Assembly: GCA_003152105.1 (NCBI GenBank)
Contig: PLZJ01000002.1
Span: 172,257-236,256 of the forward strand
Reading direction: 5' to 3'
Length of the DNA stretch: 64,000 bases
Source of the DNA: Candidatus Levyibacteriota bacterium
GTDB lineage: Bacteria; Patescibacteriota; Microgenomatia; Levybacterales; UBA12049
Shown here piece by piece: positions 30,877-38,942 of the stretch. The first letter of the stretch is position 1; every line of letters starts with the position of its first letter. The notes beneath the pieces were generated by a model. The model was given only the letters and a program-made list of their open reading frames with translations. It was not told the origin of the DNA and did no database searches. A program made the translations under genes and the position numbers.

Positions 30877-31521
30877 TTATTGATAGCCTTCCCAATGGCC
30901 ATCTGAAAATCCTCTAATCCTAGGATGTGTTGAGAATTTATACCCCTCTTGATAGTAAAAATTTAAATCACACCAAAATACTATTTCGGAATTATGATTA
31001 ATATAGTAATACCCATTTCTTAATGCCTTTACAGTCCATCCTGAACTTGCCATCGTCGAAGTATTTGAATTATTTCCATCACAGACAAGACCAGGATAAT
31101 TATGTTGTCCTGTATAAGGATTTGGCCTATTAGCAAATTTAACCGTAGAGTTTTTATTATTGTAGTTAAACGCAAAATCTATTTGACTATAATTTCCTAC
31201 ATAGTTAAGGTTCAAAAAATATTTTGATGGTGGATTTGGAGTATAAGCTGAAAAATAAGTGTCATAAATATATCCAGTAGTACTTGTTTGAGATTGAGTG
31301 CTTGCACTTATTTTAGAAAAATCCATCGGTTCGCCTAGAGGAGGAAGAGATTCTTTATTGCTATTTATAGATATTGGCATAACTGTTGGTTCAAATCCTG
31401 CTGCATTTTGTTGTGTTTGGTGAGATATATTTACTCCCCACACAGTTAATGGTACCGCTACAACAAGTGCTGCAATTACTAAATAACCAAGAAAACTTGA
31501 ATTCTTCTTACTTTTAGCCAT
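30877..31521 (-). CDS. cassette gene: secreted or membrane-anchored protein
   Basis: N-terminal TM helix; Asn/Tyr-rich. Confidence 0.45.
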   Translation of the reverse strand: MAKSKKNSSFLGYLVIAALVVAVPLTVWGVNISHQTQQNAAGFEPTVMPISINSNKESLPPLGEPMDFSKISASTQSQTSTTGYIYDTYFSAYTPNPPSKYFLNLNYVGNYSQIDFAFNYNNKNSTVKFANRPNPYTGQHNYPGLVCDGNNSNTSTMASSGWTVKALRNGYYYINHNSEIVFWCDLNFYYQEGYKFSTHPRIRGFSDGHWEGYQ

Positions 31522-31578
31522 ACGCTTATACCTCTACAATAATAAATATAGGATTATATGTCAAGAGCTGAGATTAAA

Positions 31579-31606
31579 GGTTCTAACATCCTCCACTCTT
31601 GCGAGC
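31579..31606 (+). repeat. cassette-boundary repeat R3
   Basis: GGTTCTAACATCCTCCACTCTTGCGAGC. Confidence 0.85.
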
Positions 31607-31667
31607 ACCTCTTTAGCCTCAAAATAGTCTTTTTTAGCCTCACATGAGGAGAATAGGATTCGTACCC
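31607..31667 (+). repeat. long junction extension (L-type) after R3
   Basis: ACCTCTTTAGCCTCAAAATAGTCTTTTTTAGCCTCACATGAGGAGAATAGGATTCGTACC. Shares AGCCTCAAAATAGTC...TTTTAGCCTC...GAGGAGA.TAGGATT.GAAC with 6 other junctions. Confidence 0.7.
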
Positions 31668-31678
31668 TGTTTTGATAC

Positions 31679-32323
31679 TTGAATGGACTTAGTTTAAAAT
31701 TTCATATTGCATTTAAATCAAAATATACATATAATCCTAACGCTATTATGAGTGTAGAAATTACAAGACCAATTGACCCAAGATACCAAGCAAAGCTAGG
31801 TGAAGCATCTGTTCCAGGCTGGATTGGCCTAGGTGAGAGACTTCAATTGGGGAACTTAGAGCCATATAGAGTGGCAAATCAAAGGCCAAAAGAAGGAGAA
31901 GGTAAAGTAGGCTTTGTAGTTCCGTTTGAAGTGGAGGAATTAGGTAAAGGAGAGATAAGACTTGTAGAAATAGAAAGCTCACAGGAGCAAATTGATGGTA
32001 TTCCAGTAGAGCTTATAGGTGATTATGGAACAGAGTATGGAGTTTTTATAACTTTAAATGAAGTGGGTTTTCCTCAAGTTCCAGAAGTTTGGCTATATCA
32101 TCCTCATAGACCAAGATTTATTGCAGAAGTTCGGACTGATAAAACTGACGACCCACTTGTAAAAACAGCTAATGTTGACAATATTTGGAAAGATATAGAT
32201 GATATAAGTCGTAAACTTGCAATTAGAGAATCTGATCTTCCACTTATAATGTTTGGAATACAACAAGAATGGTCAACCGACACAACAACTCCTGGTAAAA
32301 AACCTCAAATGTGGCAAGACTAA
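31679..32323 (+). CDS. cassette gene: hypothetical protein
   Basis: ORF between R3 and R4. Confidence 0.45.
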   Translation: MNGLSLKFHIAFKSKYTYNPNAIMSVEITRPIDPRYQAKLGEASVPGWIGLGERLQLGNLEPYRVANQRPKEGEGKVGFVVPFEVEELGKGEIRLVEIESSQEQIDGIPVELIGDYGTEYGVFITLNEVGFPQVPEVWLYHPHRPRFIAEVRTDKTDDPLVKTANVDNIWKDIDDISRKLAIRESDLPLIMFGIQQEWSTDTTTPGKKPQMWQD

Positions 32324-32335
32324 GTGAATAACCAT

Positions 32336-32362
32336 GTTCTAACTTCCTCCACTCCTGCGAGC
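32336..32362 (+). repeat. cassette-boundary repeat R4
   Basis: GTTCTAACTTCCTCCACTCCTGCGAGC. Confidence 0.85.
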
Positions 32363-32438
32363 TTTTTCATACAAAACTTATAAATTAATTAACTATCTTG
32401 ATGTTAACATTGTTTCTGCTATACTTATTTATCAAATT

Positions 32439-32774
32439 ATGAATCCAGAATTTGAGTTCAATAGACAGGTAGCCATAAATAAGGAAGCATTAAAGCAAGG
32501 AATTACTCTTGAAGATAAATTAAAACAAGTTATAAAAGTTGGGGAAGGTGAGCAAAACCCAAACATGCGCTTAGATGATCCATATATAGTTATAGGTGCG
32601 TTAGGCGTACGCAATGGAAGTATGTGTATATTTGGAACATTTCAAACTGTAGAAGAAGCTTTAGACTTTAGGACAATACTACGTGTTAGAGAAGATCAAT
32701 TAGTTACCGATGGACAAACCGAAAGAATGGCAGTATTTGCCTGTAATAGAAAAGGATTCTTACTTATTGATTAA
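32439..32774 (+). CDS. cassette gene: hypothetical protein
   Basis: ORF between R4 and R5. Confidence 0.45.
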   Translation: MNPEFEFNRQVAINKEALKQGITLEDKLKQVIKVGEGEQNPNMRLDDPYIVIGALGVRNGSMCIFGTFQTVEEALDFRTILRVREDQLVTDGQTERMAVFACNRKGFLLID

Positions 32775-32777
32775 AAT

Positions 32778-32805
32778 AGGGTTCTAATTTCGTAAGTTCC
32801 AGAAC
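32778..32805 (+). repeat. degenerate repeat remnant
   Basis: GGGTTCTAATTTCGTAAGTTCCAGAAC; only the 5' GGTTCTAA part is conserved. Confidence 0.35.
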
Positions 32806-32837
32806 TAAATTTACCACTTTAGAGGCAAAAAGATATA

Positions 32838-32863
32838 TTCTAACAACCTCCACTCCTTTGAGC
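32838..32863 (+). repeat. cassette-boundary repeat R5
   Basis: TTCTAACAACCTCCACTCCTTTGAGC. Confidence 0.75.
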
Positions 32864-32869
32864 AGCAAA

Positions 32870-33775
32870 TCAATTATATTTTATTTCATCTAATACTTCT
32901 GCTACTTTCATAGGACTATGCCATGCAGTATCTCCATGATCTTCAATGCGATAAATAATTGATAACATAGTTTGTACAAAACTCCATTGTAAAATTCTAT
33001 TTCTTTCAAAGTTTAATTCATCAGCAAGTATTTCTATACGTTTAATTAATATTTCTTTAAGGTTTGTTTTTTTTGCCAGAGTAGGATACGGATTTCGCAT
33101 CATAGCTCCTGTTTCAAAACATGGATCTCCAACAATTCCATTTGGATCAATTGCGAGCCACCCTTCACGATCAGATGATAAGATATTACCCTGGTGTAAA
33201 TCACCATGCATAACAACTATATTTGACGTAGAGCTAATTAAACCATTTAGCATAAATTCAGTCTTATCTAGTAAATATAGAGAGAGTGGGTTATTAGATC
33301 CAGAAAATCTTTTTTTATATTTAGGTATATGACTAGAAAGCTCTGATACAAGTTTAAAATCATGTTTTTCTGGAACTTTTCTACTAATTCTTTTTATTAT
33401 CGAAGCTAGGATTTTGGTTTGTGTTTCATCCTCACTAAGTTTATTTAATCTTTTGCCAGGTACAGCTTGTTCAAGTAGCATTGTCATATTTTCATCATTG
33501 CTACTTATCAAATTTATGCTACCTTCACCATTAAAAAGTTTTAATGCTGCAACTTCTGATAAATAGCCCTCGTTACCTGGGAAATCTATTTTTATTACTA
33601 ACTTATCTCCAGTATTTCTAGTTGCTGGAGCTACATAGTTGTATGACAAATCATAGGGTTTTCCTATTTTTAAATTCCAATCTTTTTCAAAATATGTTAA
33701 CAGATTTGGTATATTATCTAACCATTCTTGTCCTCCAGTACGATTTTTTATGTCGTGTAAAAAATTCTGGTTCAT
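32870..33775 (-). CDS. cassette gene: aminoglycoside/small-molecule phosphotransferase (APH) family kinase
   Basis: Catalytic loop HGDLHQGNIL and IDPNG...GDPCFE, typical of the APH/choline kinase fold. Confidence 0.6.
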   Translation of the reverse strand: MNQNFLHDIKNRTGGQEWLDNIPNLLTYFEKDWNLKIGKPYDLSYNYVAPATRNTGDKLVIKIDFPGNEGYLSEVAALKLFNGEGSINLISSNDENMTMLLEQAVPGKRLNKLSEDETQTKILASIIKRISRKVPEKHDFKLVSELSSHIPKYKKRFSGSNNPLSLYLLDKTEFMLNGLISSTSNIVVMHGDLHQGNILSSDREGWLAIDPNGIVGDPCFETGAMMRNPYPTLAKKTNLKEILIKRIEILADELNFERNRILQWSFVQTMLSIIYRIEDHGDTAWHSPMKVAEVLDEIKYN

Positions 33776-33804
33776 AGCTACAAGTATATCATTCCCAGAA
33801 TCTG

Positions 33805-33832
33805 GGTTCTTACGTCCTCAACGCCTGCGAGC
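33805..33832 (+). repeat. cassette-boundary repeat R6
   Basis: GGTTCTTACGTCCTCAACGCCTGCGAGC. Confidence 0.75.
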
Positions 33833-33875
33833 TTAAATATTTGTAAAAGTTAATAACATATGATAATATCCACGC

Positions 33876-34235
33876 ATGACTGAATTTGAACCTATACCCG
33901 GCAATGAGCCTCAAGTTGAACCAACCCTTGAGGATTTATTAATATCAAGAAAAGCTATATCTTGTCAAATACCTCAATCTGAGCTTATTGATTATACCCA
34001 GGCAGGAGAAAAAACAGGTACTACTGTAACAATTATTGCACAGCAAGGAGAAATGTTTAAACACTATAACAGCGGTAAAAGATGGAATTTGGAACCTATT
34101 TGGGGAGAACATCTCATACATGAGCAAGAAGGAATAGAAGATGTAAGGGTATCTGAAGGAAATATTGCGATTGCTATTCAAAGATCCCAGGACAATAATG
34201 ATCTTGGAGCTTTTTGGAGAAAATTAAAAGCATAA
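33876..34235 (+). CDS. cassette gene: hypothetical protein
   Basis: ORF between R6 and R7. Confidence 0.45.
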   Translation: MTEFEPIPGNEPQVEPTLEDLLISRKAISCQIPQSELIDYTQAGEKTGTTVTIIAQQGEMFKHYNSGKRWNLEPIWGEHLIHEQEGIEDVRVSEGNIAIAIQRSQDNNDLGAFWRKLKA

Positions 34236-34238
34236 AAC

Positions 34239-34265
34239 GTTCTAACATCCTCCACTCCAGCAAGC
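34239..34265 (+). repeat. cassette-boundary repeat R7
   Basis: GTTCTAACATCCTCCACTCCAGCAAGC. Confidence 0.8.
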
Positions 34266-34325
34266 AACTATCCAGCCTCAAATTAGTCTTTTTTAGCATT
34301 GCTTGAGAAAAGTAGAATAAGAACC
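34266..34325 (+). repeat. long junction extension (L-type) after R7
   Basis: AACTATCCAGCCTCAAATTAGTCTTTTTTAGCATTGCTTGAGAAAAGTAGAATAAGAACC. Confidence 0.65.
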
Positions 34326-34346
34326 TTAGTTTGATATACTAGTCTT

Positions 34347-34772
34347 ATGAAAAACACAATTTTTCTTGCCTCAAGCATGGATTTCTACAAAGAACTAGTT
34401 GAAATTGAAAAGCAATTGGAGTTAAAAGGATTTAAAGTAGATATTCCATATTCTGCTCAAACAATGAAGAAAAATAATGATTTTGAGGTTGCACACTTTA
34501 AAGGAGTTTTTACACATAAACAAAAAGGAGGATTTATTCATAGTAATTTTGATAAGATTGCTAAATCTGATTCACTTTTAGTTATTAATAATGATAAAAA
34601 GGGAATTAAGGGATATATTGGTACAAATGTACTGATGGAAATAGCAATTGCATTTTACTTTAAGAAAAATATTTATATTTTGAACCCAATTGAAGATAAC
34701 GCATCATTTACAGAAGAATTATTCGCTTTTGGAGTCAAGTTTATTAATGGAGACTTAGATAATGTTAGTTAA
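34347..34772 (+). CDS. cassette gene: hypothetical protein
   Basis: ORF between R7 and R8; GATATACT promoter-like box upstream. Confidence 0.45.
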   Translation: MKNTIFLASSMDFYKELVEIEKQLELKGFKVDIPYSAQTMKKNNDFEVAHFKGVFTHKQKGGFIHSNFDKIAKSDSLLVINNDKKGIKGYIGTNVLMEIAIAFYFKKNIYILNPIEDNASFTEELFAFGVKFINGDLDNVS

Positions 34773-34779
34773 GTAATAT

Positions 34780-34806
34780 GTTCTAATTTCCTCCACTCCT
34801 GCGAGC
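34780..34806 (+). repeat. cassette-boundary repeat R8
   Basis: GTTCTAATTTCCTCCACTCCTGCGAGC. Confidence 0.85.
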
Positions 34807-34818
34807 AAATTTATCTAG

Positions 34819-35448
34819 TTGACAACCTTTCAATTGTTATTCATATTATTAATAATGCCAAAGTTTAAATCAAAAAGTACAAATAAAAAAGGCTCTTATG
34901 ATCTATTTAATAAACACAAAAATCTTAAATGGTTAATCCCTATTTTAATTTTAGCTTTTCTTTTTCTGCTTTTTGTTCATCATGCCAGAGAAGAACTGGG
35001 AGTTAATATGGATACTTCAGTATATATATCTCACAATAAACAATTAAACGTAGCAAACTGGCAAACATATACAGATTTAACTAATGGTTTTAGTTTTAAA
35101 TATCCAGATAATTGGATTAAAGTTGATGATCCTACAACTGAAAATGGACCACAGGTTAGTTTTTTTCTTAAAACTGACCCTCAAATAGTTACTACAGAAA
35201 CTATTAATGGTACTGAACAGCTTATGTTAAATGTTGTGCCTGATTCTGATACCATACAAAGTTTACTACAAGAATTCCCTCACTATATAAATATTAATGG
35301 CAAGGAAGCAGCATGTGACGTATCTCCTACTAAAATATACTGTAATGTAAAACTTAATAAATCAACGCTATTAATATTACAAAGTCCTCGTTCCGATGGA
35401 GTTAAAAATTTTGCACTTATAACAACTTCGTTTATTTTTAGTCACTAA
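34819..35448 (+). CDS. cassette gene: membrane-anchored extracytoplasmic protein
   Basis: N-terminal TM helix (LIPILILAFLFLLFV). Confidence 0.45.
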   Translation: MTTFQLLFILLIMPKFKSKSTNKKGSYDLFNKHKNLKWLIPILILAFLFLLFVHHAREELGVNMDTSVYISHNKQLNVANWQTYTDLTNGFSFKYPDNWIKVDDPTTENGPQVSFFLKTDPQIVTTETINGTEQLMLNVVPDSDTIQSLLQEFPHYININGKEAACDVSPTKIYCNVKLNKSTLLILQSPRSDGVKNFALITTSFIFSH

Positions 35449-35455
35449 TTTGACA

Positions 35456-35483
35456 GATTCTAACGTACTCCACTCCTGCGAGC
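35456..35483 (+). repeat. cassette-boundary repeat R9
   Basis: GATTCTAACGTACTCCACTCCTGCGAGC. Confidence 0.85.
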
Positions 35484-35487
35484 TTCA

Positions 35488-35847
35488 TTATTGGGCTAAT
35501 TTACTTTTAAAATAAGCTTTTAGTGAATCTTGATCTTCTCCAGGAGCAATAGGAGGGGGAGCACCATTTGGGGGAACTTCTAAATCTCTATGAAAAGATT
35601 TAGGTAATATATCACTTGGTAAAGTCATTATGTCATCAATGTTAGGTAATATTGTATCAAGTTCTCCAACTTGTCTTGCAGGTAATGTTACTTCTTGTCC
35701 TCGTACTAATATTGTTGCAGTTCCCTTAAATACGCTTGTTCTTGCTAGTTGTCCTATTTCTCCTTTATTTGTATGAATGCTACCATTAGTTCCCTTCATT
35801 GTTAAAGCATCAAATCTATTTGCTATTGCTTCAACTATTCTGCTCAT
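35488..35847 (-). CDS. cassette gene: hypothetical protein
   Basis: ORF between R9 and R10. Confidence 0.45.
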   Translation of the reverse strand: MSRIVEAIANRFDALTMKGTNGSIHTNKGEIGQLARTSVFKGTATILVRGQEVTLPARQVGELDTILPNIDDIMTLPSDILPKSFHRDLEVPPNGAPPPIAPGEDQDSLKAYFKSKLAQ

Positions 35848-35888
35848 AAACTCTATTATATAACTTCTTATTAAACAATCAAGTAATA

Positions 35889-35916
35889 GGTTCTAACGTC
35901 CTCCTTTCCTGCGAGC
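35889..35916 (+). repeat. cassette-boundary repeat R10
   Basis: GGTTCTAACGTCCTCCTTTCCTGCGAGC. Confidence 0.85.
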
Positions 35917-35976
35917 AACTACTCAGCCTCAAAATAGTCTTTTTTAGCATCTCTGGAGGAGACTAGGATTAGAAAC
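35917..35976 (+). repeat. long junction extension (L-type) after R10
   Basis: AACTACTCAGCCTCAAAATAGTCTTTTTTAGCATCTCTGGAGGAGACTAGGATTAGAAAC. Its right arm is an inverted imperfect copy of GTTCTAACGTCCTCC. Confidence 0.7.
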
Positions 35977-35995
35977 TTCTGATATAATACACCTC

Positions 35996-36415
35996 ATGGA
36001 TTCAGAAAGAGAGCAAGTTAAACCTACTCGAAAACCTTATGATCCTGCTGAGTTAAGTTATGAAGCTAAGTTTGATTTTGACCAGATGACTCGAGAGGAT
36101 TTAGTAAAAGCTAGGTATAACGGGCCCAATAGTAAATCAATAACTGATGCTGATCATAATCCTATTGAAATGTTAGATTTAAGATTTGGGTGGCATGTGC
36201 TTAGTTTAAGATCACCTGAATTTGATGGAAAACCTGATGCTTCTGCAGAATCATATATAGATATTACAGACCAATTTAGAGGTTTTAAGCTAAAAGGATT
36301 ACCAGAGCTTATAGATGATGGTCATAAAGCTAGATTCCAGCTTATTGGGTCAGAAGGAGAAGTTTTACAAATAGATACCCCTTCTTATGGTTATGTTAGA
36401 GGATATGACATGTAG
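35996..36415 (+). CDS. cassette gene: hypothetical protein
   Basis: ORF with GATATAAT 8 nt upstream. Confidence 0.45.
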   Translation: MDSEREQVKPTRKPYDPAELSYEAKFDFDQMTREDLVKARYNGPNSKSITDADHNPIEMLDLRFGWHVLSLRSPEFDGKPDASAESYIDITDQFRGFKLKGLPELIDDGHKARFQLIGSEGEVLQIDTPSYGYVRGYDM

Positions 36416-36417
36416 CG

Positions 36418-36445
36418 GGTTCTAACGTCCTCCACTCCTGCAAAC
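36418..36445 (+). repeat. cassette-boundary repeat R11 (3' end diverged)
   Basis: GGTTCTAACGTCCTCCACTCCTGCAAAC. Confidence 0.8.
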
Positions 36446-36454
36446 TCAACAAAT

Positions 36455-36490
36455 CAAAAAAAACTCACTTACATAGTTAACCAAGGGGAG
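36455..36490 (+). repeat. motif B copy 1
   Basis: AAAACTCACTTACATAGTTAACCAAGGGGAGCTTAG; second copy at 47305-47337. Confidence 0.5.
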
Positions 36491-36497
36491 CTTAGTA

Positions 36498-37046
36498 TTA
36501 TCTAAACTTACCAATCTTAGCTATTTCAACTAATTTAGCCCAAGGTACATGAAAAGTAGTCGAAACATTAGTTAATTCAGGGAAACCCATTGCTCTAAAT
36601 CTACTAATCCATACATCGTAACTAGTGTTGAGTTCTGAGGTTTTTAATCTTGGCAATTTATTCTGCATTAAAACTTCTCTGGCTTCATCCAAACTTACGG
36701 CTGAACTTGTGTTTACCATTAAAGAATCATAGGCAAGTATACCAGCTGCAATATCTTCTATCTTTTTCCTGGTTTCTCCTAGTTTTGCATCTTCATTTTC
36801 TCCACCCATAATATGTAGTCTTGCAAGCTGAGGCTTACTTAACATATCATGCCAATCTAGCCATAAAATATCTTCCTGAGTTTGGCCATGATCTACAGAA
36901 GCCAAATGAGTAGTTATGCCATAATCTATGGCAAGAGGTGATAATCCCATATGCCATTGTCTGTCACCGCTTTCAAACGAATGATTTAAATGTTGGACTA
37001 TTTCAATGGGACCTTGTGAGTCAAATTCCATGCCTGAATCAGTCAT
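36498..37046 (-). CDS. cassette gene: hypothetical protein
   Basis: ORF between R11 and R12. Confidence 0.45.
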   Translation of the reverse strand: MTDSGMEFDSQGPIEIVQHLNHSFESGDRQWHMGLSPLAIDYGITTHLASVDHGQTQEDILWLDWHDMLSKPQLARLHIMGGENEDAKLGETRKKIEDIAAGILAYDSLMVNTSSAVSLDEAREVLMQNKLPRLKTSELNTSYDVWISRFRAMGFPELTNVSTTFHVPWAKLVEIAKIGKFR

Positions 37047-37070
37047 AAAAGTATTGTAGCATAATATGTA

Positions 37071-37094
37071 TTAACACCCTCCACTCCTGCGAGC
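37071..37094 (+). repeat. cassette-boundary repeat R12 (5' end degenerate)
   Basis: TTAACACCCTCCACTCCTGCGAGC. Confidence 0.75.
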
Positions 37095-37154
37095 AACTAT
37101 CTAGCCTCAAAACAGTCATTTTTAGCCTCGTTGGAGGAGACTAGATTAGAACCT
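37095..37154 (+). repeat. long junction extension (L-type) after R12
   Basis: AACTATCTAGCCTCAAAACAGTCATTTTTAGCCTCGTTGGAGGAGACTAGATTAGAACC. Confidence 0.7.
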
Positions 37155-37174
37155 TCTGGTATAATAGCAACCAA

Positions 37175-37684
37175 ATGTCAAAAGAAATACCAACCCAAAA
37201 CCCGTTAGATCAAGCGTACGAAGAAAAACCAAAAAGATGGTATGAAAATCAAGTATTTGGAAATGGTTTACTCTTCAATAGCGCTCTTGTTTCAAGTAAT
37301 ATAGCTTATATTGCATTTATACACAATTATTCATCATTAACACGACTTGCAGGTGCATCTGTTTATATATTAAGTACTATCGCCGATAGATTAAGTACCT
37401 ATAGGGCTTTAAACAGTATTAAAGAGGCAAAAGATAGCGGAATTGAAGTAATTCATAAGGAACAAAATCCTTTATTAGTTAGTAAAGAGAACCCGCTTAA
37501 GTTGGAAAAACCAACAAAAATCCATGTTGGAAATTTGATAGGCTTAGGTTTGTCAACCCTTACGCTAGGTTCTGCAATGCCAATTTCAGCATACCAATTA
37601 GTTTATGCTGCAAACAATGAGAGAATTAATAGACGATACAGAAGAGCTATATGTATTTTTAGTGCTAGTCAAAATCGGGAATAG
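37175..37684 (+). CDS. cassette gene: hypothetical protein
   Basis: ORF with GGTATAAT upstream. Confidence 0.45.
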   Translation: MSKEIPTQNPLDQAYEEKPKRWYENQVFGNGLLFNSALVSSNIAYIAFIHNYSSLTRLAGASVYILSTIADRLSTYRALNSIKEAKDSGIEVIHKEQNPLLVSKENPLKLEKPTKIHVGNLIGLGLSTLTLGSAMPISAYQLVYAANNERINRRYRRAICIFSASQNRE

Positions 37685-37722
37685 AATCATTAGGTATATA
37701 ATTAGCCTACATTAACGGAATT

Positions 37723-37749
37723 GTTCTAACATCCCCAACTCCTGCGAGC
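37723..37749 (+). repeat. cassette-boundary repeat R13
   Basis: GTTCTAACATCCCCAACTCCTGCGAGC. Confidence 0.8.
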
Positions 37750-37780
37750 AGCTTAGCCTCATATGATATAATGCTCAATT

Positions 37781-38122
37781 ATGGGAAAAGAACAGCATCC
37801 ACTTGATGACCCTAATGTAGAGGCAGTTATACAAGGTAAGCAAAGTCCTAGTTGGCACAAATACCAAGATTCCGAAGATTTTATCGAGAAAGGCTTTCCA
37901 TTTAATGAAGGCTTTCCTAAAACAAGCCCCTTAAGTCTAGAACCATTTAATCTTATACTCAGAAATGGTGTTAGAGTAGTAGGTTATGTAGATTTCTCTA
38001 CTCAGTATAGGTCGGAAGGACTGTCATGGATGGATGAGCAGGGTCACTATCTTTCAAGTTATACAGTTGTTGGTTGGCAAAAGCAAGGAGATCCAATTGG
38101 CTTCGGTACTCAACAAAAGTAA
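37781..38122 (+). CDS. cassette gene: hypothetical protein
   Basis: ORF with GATATAAT upstream; its stop TAA is immediately followed by R14. Confidence 0.45.
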   Translation: MGKEQHPLDDPNVEAVIQGKQSPSWHKYQDSEDFIEKGFPFNEGFPKTSPLSLEPFNLILRNGVRVVGYVDFSTQYRSEGLSWMDEQGHYLSSYTVVGWQKQGDPIGFGTQQK

Positions 38123-38150
38123 GTTCTAACATTTCTCCACTCCTGTGAGC
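38123..38150 (+). repeat. cassette-boundary repeat R14
   Basis: GTTCTAACATTTCTCCACTCCTGTGAGC. Confidence 0.8.
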
Positions 38151-38151
38151 C

Positions 38152-38856
38152 TCATTTAATGAATCTAAATGTATTAGCCATTTGATAAAGAGTTTGTTCG
38201 TAGTTAGGAATATCACTAGAATTTGCAGTTAAGTTTTCGTAACCTATAATTACAGCAGATGCATTCCCATCAGAAGAGTATGTTGTTGGTTTAACTACAT
38301 AGTAAATAAATTTTTGACCGTTTTGACTACTTCCATCTCCTGCAACAAATCCTGTTAATTTTCTCATTTGGTATCCATTAAGGTTAATAGTTGAAGAATT
38401 TACTATATTATCGCATTCGGCTTTACATTGTTCAGGATCCCATTCTATGGTTGTAAAAAAATAAGGACTTTTATAATAATTATCAGAATTTGCCAGTTTG
38501 ATTGTAAAAAACATGGTGCCAGGAAAATCTCTTTTTATTACATAAAGGTTTGGAGAATATTCGATTTGATATTTAAACTCATCATTTGCAGCATAGATAT
38601 TCCAACCCGTGCTTTCATCAATTGTAATTAGTGGTGTTGGTGTGATACTTGCTGTTTTGTTAATAGGATTTGATTTTATATTGGTTATATTACTTAATGT
38701 TGTAGGATTTAAGGTATTAAGCTGTTGATATTTCATGCCGATTAAAAATCCTACTAATGGAAAAACAATAAACAAGATTATGGCTAAAGTTTTAGATAGA
38801 GGAGTAATAGTTGTTAGATTTTTAGGTAGAGTCATATTTAAACTATAGTTTAGCAA
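38152..38856 (-). CDS. cassette gene: membrane-anchored extracytoplasmic protein
   Basis: N-terminal TM helix (LAIILFIVFPLVGFLIGM). Confidence 0.45.
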   Translation of the reverse strand: MLNYSLNMTLPKNLTTITPLSKTLAIILFIVFPLVGFLIGMKYQQLNTLNPTTLSNITNIKSNPINKTASITPTPLITIDESTGWNIYAANDEFKYQIEYSPNLYVIKRDFPGTMFFTIKLANSDNYYKSPYFFTTIEWDPEQCKAECDNIVNSSTINLNGYQMRKLTGFVAGDGSSQNGQKFIYYVVKPTTYSSDGNASAVIIGYENLTANSSDIPNYEQTLYQMANTFRFIK

Positions 38857-38873
38857 CTAGATATGGTCAAGTA

Positions 38874-38901
38874 GGTTCCAACATCCTCCACTCCTGCGAG
38901 C
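38874..38901 (+). repeat. cassette-boundary repeat R15
   Basis: GGTTCCAACATCCTCCACTCCTGCGAGC. Confidence 0.85.
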
Positions 38902-38942
38902 TCCATCTTGATTAAAATAACCAATTGTGAAATAGTATTGGT

